Source: Brevibacterium luteolum (GTDB lineage Bacteria > Actinomycetota > Actinomycetes > Actinomycetales > Brevibacteriaceae). From it: 64,000 bases of DNA. Of the stretch, positions 59,832 through 64,000 are shown in pieces. The first letter of the stretch is position 1; the number at the start of each line of letters is the position of its first letter. Location of the stretch: assembly GCF_013004595.1 (NCBI RefSeq), contig NZ_JABEMC010000005.1, positions 62,001 through 126,000 of the forward strand, given 5' to 3'. The notes below the pieces were generated by a model, which saw nothing but the letters and a program-made list of their open reading frames with translations, was not told where the DNA came from and ran no database searches. The position numbers were made by a program, and so were the translations under genes.

Positions 59832-60728
59832 TCAGGCGTCGAAGGAGCCGTCAACCAGTTTCTTGACAATCGAGCAGTCCTTGCCGCCGGATCCGGCATC
59901 CGAGACCTGCTTGAGCATGTCCTTGACGATCGTGCCCAGCGTCAGCTCGGTGTCGGTGTCCTCACCTGCGGCGAGCGCCAGGTTGATGTCCTTGAGCGCC
60001 AGGTCGGCGGTGAAGGTCGGGGCGAAGTCGTCGTTGGCCGGAGAGGTCTCGACGACGCCGGGGTACGGGTACCAGGTGCGCAGCGGCCACGAGTCACCGG
60101 AGGAGACCTTCGCGATCGAGTAGAACAGCGAGTGGTCGAGTCCGAGGCGGTCGGCGAGCACCGCGGCCTCGGAGGTGGAGACCATGTTGATGAAGAGCAT
60201 GAGGTTGTTGCAGATCTTCGCCGCCTGCCCGGTCGTCGGAGCACCGGTGGCGATGACGTTGCCGGCCATCGGCTCGATGAACGGGCGCGCCTTCTCGACT
60301 GCCGCCTCTTCGCCGCCGACCATGAAGGCCAGGGTGCCTTTCTCAGCTCCGGCGATGCCGCCGGAAACTGGTGCGTCGACGAACTCGAAGCCGGCCTCCT
60401 TGGCCCGGTCGTGCAGCTGCTGGCAGCTGGCGACGTCGATCGTCGAGGAGTCGATGAGCAGGGTGCCGGGCGCGGCCGTGGCGAAGATGCCCTCGTCGCC
60501 ACCGTAGGCTGCCAGCGAGTGCTCCCCCTTGGGCAGCATCGTGAACACGACCTCGGCGCCTTCAAGCGCCTCGGCAGCCGAAGCACACGTGGTGACCCCC
60601 GCCTCGGCGGCGGCGTGCATGGCCGGTTCGGAGAGGTCGAAGCCGCGCACAGCGTGCCCGGCTCTCAGGAGGTTCTTCGTCATCGGCAGGCCCATGTGGC
60701 CCAGCCCGATCCATGCGATCGTCGACAT
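59832..60728 (-). CDS. mmsB: 3-hydroxyisobutyrate dehydrogenase
   Basis: IGLGHMG.PM, DAPVSGG..GA..GTL.FMVGG, AKICNN. Confidence 0.88.
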   Translation of the reverse strand: MSTIAWIGLGHMGLPMTKNLLRAGHAVRGFDLSEPAMHAAAEAGVTTCASAAEALEGAEVVFTMLPKGEHSLAAYGGDEGIFATAAPGTLLIDSSTIDVASCQQLHDRAKEAGFEFVDAPVSGGIAGAEKGTLAFMVGGEEAAVEKARPFIEPMAGNVIATGAPTTGQAAKICNNLMLFINMVSTSEAAVLADRLGLDHSLFYSIAKVSSGDSWPLRTWYPYPGVVETSPANDDFAPTFTADLALKDINLALAAGEDTDTELTLGTIVKDMLKQVSDAGSGGKDCSIVKKLVDGSFDA

Positions 60729-60839
60729 TGGAGTCCTTTCGGATCGATGCGGTTGTACGCGCTGTGTTGAGCATAGCGCTCGTCTGTGTTGCCGGTCACG
60801 CCGGGGTCTGCGGAGGTCGCTGCTGGCTACGATGGCGGT

Positions 60840-61508
60840 ATGAGTCTTGAGAAGATCATGGCCCCGGACTGGGCTGAGGCGATGGCGCCGGTGGCCGGTC
60901 AGATCACCGCGATGGGCGATTTCCTGCGCGCCGAACTTGCCGCCGGCCGCCAGTACCTGCCGGCCGGAGACGATGTGTTCCGCGCCTTCCGCGAACCGCT
61001 GTCCGGCGTGCGCGTGCTCATCGTCGGCCAGGATCCGTACCCGACACCCGGTCACCCGATCGGGCTGTCCTTCGCTGTCGCCCCGGACGTCCGCCCGCTG
61101 CCGCGGTCTCTGACGAACATCTTCAAGGAGCTCGGCGACGACCTCGGGGTCTCGCCCCCGAGCAGCGGGGACCTGCGCCCGTGGCAGGCGCAGGGAGTCA
61201 TGCTGCTCAACCGGGTCCTCACCGTCGCCCCCGGCTCTCCGGCCTCGCACCGGAACCAGGGCTGGGAGACGGTCACCGACCGGGCGATCGAGGTGCTCAC
61301 CGCCCGCGGCGGGCCGCTCGTGGCGATTCTGTGGGGCCGGGACGCGCAATCCCTGGCGCCGCGGCTGGACGATGTGCCGATCGTCGCGTCCCCGCACCCG
61401 TCGCCGCTGAGCGCTTCGCGCGGGTTCTTCGGCTCGAGGCCGTTCAGCCGGGCCAATGCGCTGCTGGCCGAGTGCGGTGGCGAGCCGATTGACTGGCAGC
61501 TGCCCTGA
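60840..61508 (+). CDS. ung: Uracil-DNA glycosylase
   Basis: [27 protein letters not shown]. Confidence 0.96.
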   Translation: MSLEKIMAPDWAEAMAPVAGQITAMGDFLRAELAAGRQYLPAGDDVFRAFREPLSGVRVLIVGQDPYPTPGHPIGLSFAVAPDVRPLPRSLTNIFKELGDDLGVSPPSSGDLRPWQAQGVMLLNRVLTVAPGSPASHRNQGWETVTDRAIEVLTARGGPLVAILWGRDAQSLAPRLDDVPIVASPHPSPLSASRGFFGSRPFSRANALLAECGGEPIDWQLP

Positions 61509-61517
61509 CCGGCGCTT

Positions 61518-63584
61518 TCAGCTGGAGACCTGCCCCGTGCCCGAGGTGGAGGTCGGGTGCGTGCCGGCGGTCGCCTCGGCGACGGCATCGGACTTCTCAC
61601 GGCGGTCCTTGACTCGCTGGTGGATCGGGCGGGCGAGGAAGTCGCCGAAGACCGCGCCCACAGCGATCGCGGCGTTGGCCGTCACTGCGGTGAATAGCGA
61701 GGACAGGCCCATCGACAGTGGGATCGCGTCCTGCGGCTGGACGATCTGGTAGGCCGCCGAGAAGATCGACAGGCCCTGCAGCAGCGGGAAGATGCCCGGC
61801 AGCAGCAGCACGATCGGCGGCGCACCGCGGTGCAGCGCGACCGGGCGGACGATGAGCCCGACGACGGTGGCGGCGATGAAGCAGGTGACGACATTGCCCA
61901 GGCCCAGCAGCGTGCAGCCGACGTAGATGACGAAGCCGACGCCGCCGATGAGCCCGGCGATGAGGATCTGACGCTTGGCGGCCTGCATGCCGATCGCCCC
62001 GCACATGCCGACAAGGATCGCGGCGATGAGCGAGATGATGGTGGTCAGCGCCTCGACTCCGCCGGAGGTGACGATCACCTCGATGGGTGAGAGCCCGATC
62101 GCCCGACCGACCATGATGCCCAGGGCGATGCCGGAGACGATGCCGGCCAGCGTGGTGCCGACGGTGACGGCCTTGGCCGAGGCAGTGAGCGGGAAGTTCG
62201 TCAGCGAGTCCTGCACCGCGGCGATGAGGCCGGCAGTCGGCAGCAGCAGCACAATGCCGGCGGCCACGAGGTACTGCGGAGCAGCGATGAACCCGAATGT
62301 CCAGGCCGCCATTGCCAGCACGGTCGCAAACGTCGATTGGCCCATCGCGGTGAAGAACGGGGGCACGTCGAAGCGGGCGAGCAGCGCACCGAAGCGGTCG
62401 ATGATGATCGCCATGCCGAAGCCGATGACCGCTGAGACTGCCGAGCCGCCGAGCAGCAGCACGAAGCAGGTCACGAGCATGCCCCAGGCCAGGGCGACGA
62501 ACCAGCCGGCAAACGGCCGGCGCTGCTGGCGGATCGCGTCGATCCGCTCGCTGGCTTCGAGGTATTCGACCTTGCCGTCGACGATGTCGGTCACGAGCTT
62601 GTGGACGGAGGCGAGCTTCGAGTAGTGGATCGACTCCTCGCGGCTGACGCGCATGACGTTGAGCAGCCGGCCCTCAGGGTCGGAGTAGTGCACATTGAGC
62701 GAGTTCGAGGTCAGGTCGACTTCGACGGTCGGCAGGCCGAGCGCGGTGCAGGTGGCGATGACGGAGACCTCGACGTCGGCAGTCGGGGCGCCGGCGCGCA
62801 GCATGATCCAGCCGATGTCGACGGCCAGCTCCATGATCTTGCGGGCTTCCTCCTCGCCCTTCGCCTGGCTCTGCACCGGCGCCTGATAGGGGGTGCCCTT
62901 GAGGGTGGCGACGATCGGGATCGGGTCGGTCGCCGGCATCGAATCGCCGGTGATCTGCCCGACGGCCTTGCGGGCGAGCCGTTCGGCCATCCGCTTCGAC
63001 GAGGAGCCGGCGGCGTTGGTCTTCTCGACGATGCTGCGGGAGCTGCCGTTGCGGCGGAACCGCTGGGTGGAGGACGACCGACCCGTGCCGTAGCTGCCGT
63101 CGGCGCCGCGGGCGACCGGCGGGGTGAGCGCCTCGGACGGGTCGACCGGGTCCTGCTCCAGGCGTGAGGTCGCCGGAGTCGTGGCCGTTCCCGAGGCGGT
63201 GGCCGGGCTGGCAGCAGATGCCGAGCCGGCACGCCTGCCGTTCCTGCCGCGCGGAGCGCGGGTCTTGAGCTGTTTGTGCCCGCGCCGCCGGGCGGTCTGG
63301 GCCTTCTCCGTGGCCTCGGCGACGGTCTCTCGCGGGATCCCGCCGGTGGTGCGCAGTGCGGCGCCGGCGGTCGATCCGGTGTACTCGTTGGTGTTCAGCG
63401 GCTGGCTGGCGTCCGCGCCGAGATCGCTCGTTCCGGTCTGCCGTTCGGCTCCGGCTCGCCGCGCGGCTTCGCTCTCGTGGGAGTTGCGGCGTGCGCCATC
63501 GCCTGCCGCGGCACGTGATCCGTTGCTGCGGATGCGCGGGCGCAGCAGGCGCCGGCGCGGTGGGCGATCGCTGTCTTCTGCCAC
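61518..63584 (-). CDS. ThrE-family threonine/serine exporter with long disordered N-terminus
   Basis: G..MLRAGA...DVE, IVLLLP, PGIFPLLQG, about 10 TM segments. Confidence 0.85.
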   Translation of the reverse strand: MAEDSDRPPRRRLLRPRIRSNGSRAAAGDGARRNSHESEAARRAGAERQTGTSDLGADASQPLNTNEYTGSTAGAALRTTGGIPRETVAEATEKAQTARRRGHKQLKTRAPRGRNGRRAGSASAASPATASGTATTPATSRLEQDPVDPSEALTPPVARGADGSYGTGRSSSTQRFRRNGSSRSIVEKTNAAGSSSKRMAERLARKAVGQITGDSMPATDPIPIVATLKGTPYQAPVQSQAKGEEEARKIMELAVDIGWIMLRAGAPTADVEVSVIATCTALGLPTVEVDLTSNSLNVHYSDPEGRLLNVMRVSREESIHYSKLASVHKLVTDIVDGKVEYLEASERIDAIRQQRRPFAGWFVALAWGMLVTCFVLLLGGSAVSAVIGFGMAIIIDRFGALLARFDVPPFFTAMGQSTFATVLAMAAWTFGFIAAPQYLVAAGIVLLLPTAGLIAAVQDSLTNFPLTASAKAVTVGTTLAGIVSGIALGIMVGRAIGLSPIEVIVTSGGVEALTTIISLIAAILVGMCGAIGMQAAKRQILIAGLIGGVGFVIYVGCTLLGLGNVVTCFIAATVVGLIVRPVALHRGAPPIVLLLPGIFPLLQGLSIFSAAYQIVQPQDAIPLSMGLSSLFTAVTANAAIAVGAVFGDFLARPIHQRVKDRREKSDAVAEATAGTHPTSTSGTGQVSS

Positions 63585-63677
63585 TGGTCCTTCTTGTCCG
63601 TCACACTGTGTCTGATCTCGGTTCTACCTGATGGATCTGATGCTCACGTGAACTGCCGCTGGACGAACGGTCGGTGC

Positions 63678-64000
63678 TCACGGCTCGTGGATCCGGGTGG
63701 GGCCGAACGGGTCGGCCACGAATGCCTCACCGCTGGCGAAATCGTGCGTGTACACGTGCCGGCCGGACACGTAGACGCTGGTGACACGCGCATCGAAGTC
63801 GAGCGGATGGGCGCTCCACTGCACGATATCAGCGTCGCGGCCCACCGCTAAGGATCCGACACGGTCATCGAGACCGAGGATCGCCGCCGGGTGGATCGTC
63901 ATCGCCTGCAGCGCAACCTCCGGGTCGAGTCCCTCGCGCACGGCGAACCGGGCCTGGTCGACGAAGAAGAAGATCGGCACCACCGGGTGGTCGGTCGTGA
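63678..64000 (-). CDS. Amidohydrolase, C-terminal part (5' end outside the window)
   Basis: TDHPVVP, TIHPAAILGLDDRVGSLAVGRDADIV. Confidence 0.88.
   Translation of the reverse strand, partial: TTDHPVVPIFFFVDQARFAVREGLDPEVALQAMTIHPAAILGLDDRVGSLAVGRDADIVQWSAHPLDFDARVTSVYVSGRHVYTHDFASGEAFVADPFGPTRIHEP

Overview
High-GC actinobacterial chromosome segment (Micrococcales, Brevibacterium-like by inference from gene content and order). It holds about 60 genes, mostly housekeeping, stress and envelope functions. From left to right: (i) glpR/sepX-like, rimJ, moaB-like, galU / 5-FTHF cyclo-ligase, fmdB, SAF, mscL; (ii) dedA, a dehydratase, an MFS, recQ, a CydDC-like ABC pair and lysE; (iii) a 1552-aa DUF4011/SF1 pseudo-helicase beside tRNA-Arg(CCT); (iv) nitrilase, ppk2, usp, an HNH gene, a c-di-AMP riboswitch-controlled NlpC/P60, ideR, pdxH and serC; (v) csp-DUF3027 and the XPB pair; (vi) an envelope-stress block (PhoP/MprA-type two-component system, htrA, WXG100, pspA-pspAA-htpX-pspAB); (vii) CIRCE-controlled groEL, cspA, mmsB, ung and thrE. 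I saw no CRISPR array, integrase or transposase, and no clear-cut new system. The best leads are: a shared promoter architecture (11-bp-spaced half-sites exactly 10 nt before a -10 box) that ties the two-component system, the psp operon and an uncharacterised Cys/His membrane protein into a putative regulon; a catalytically degenerate MogA/MoaB-fold gene where moeA/glp normally sits; a giant helicase-nuclease with dead motifs; an internally deleted MFS pseudogene; REP-like hairpin pairs; and many leaderless promoters. All calls are by eye, without database searches.
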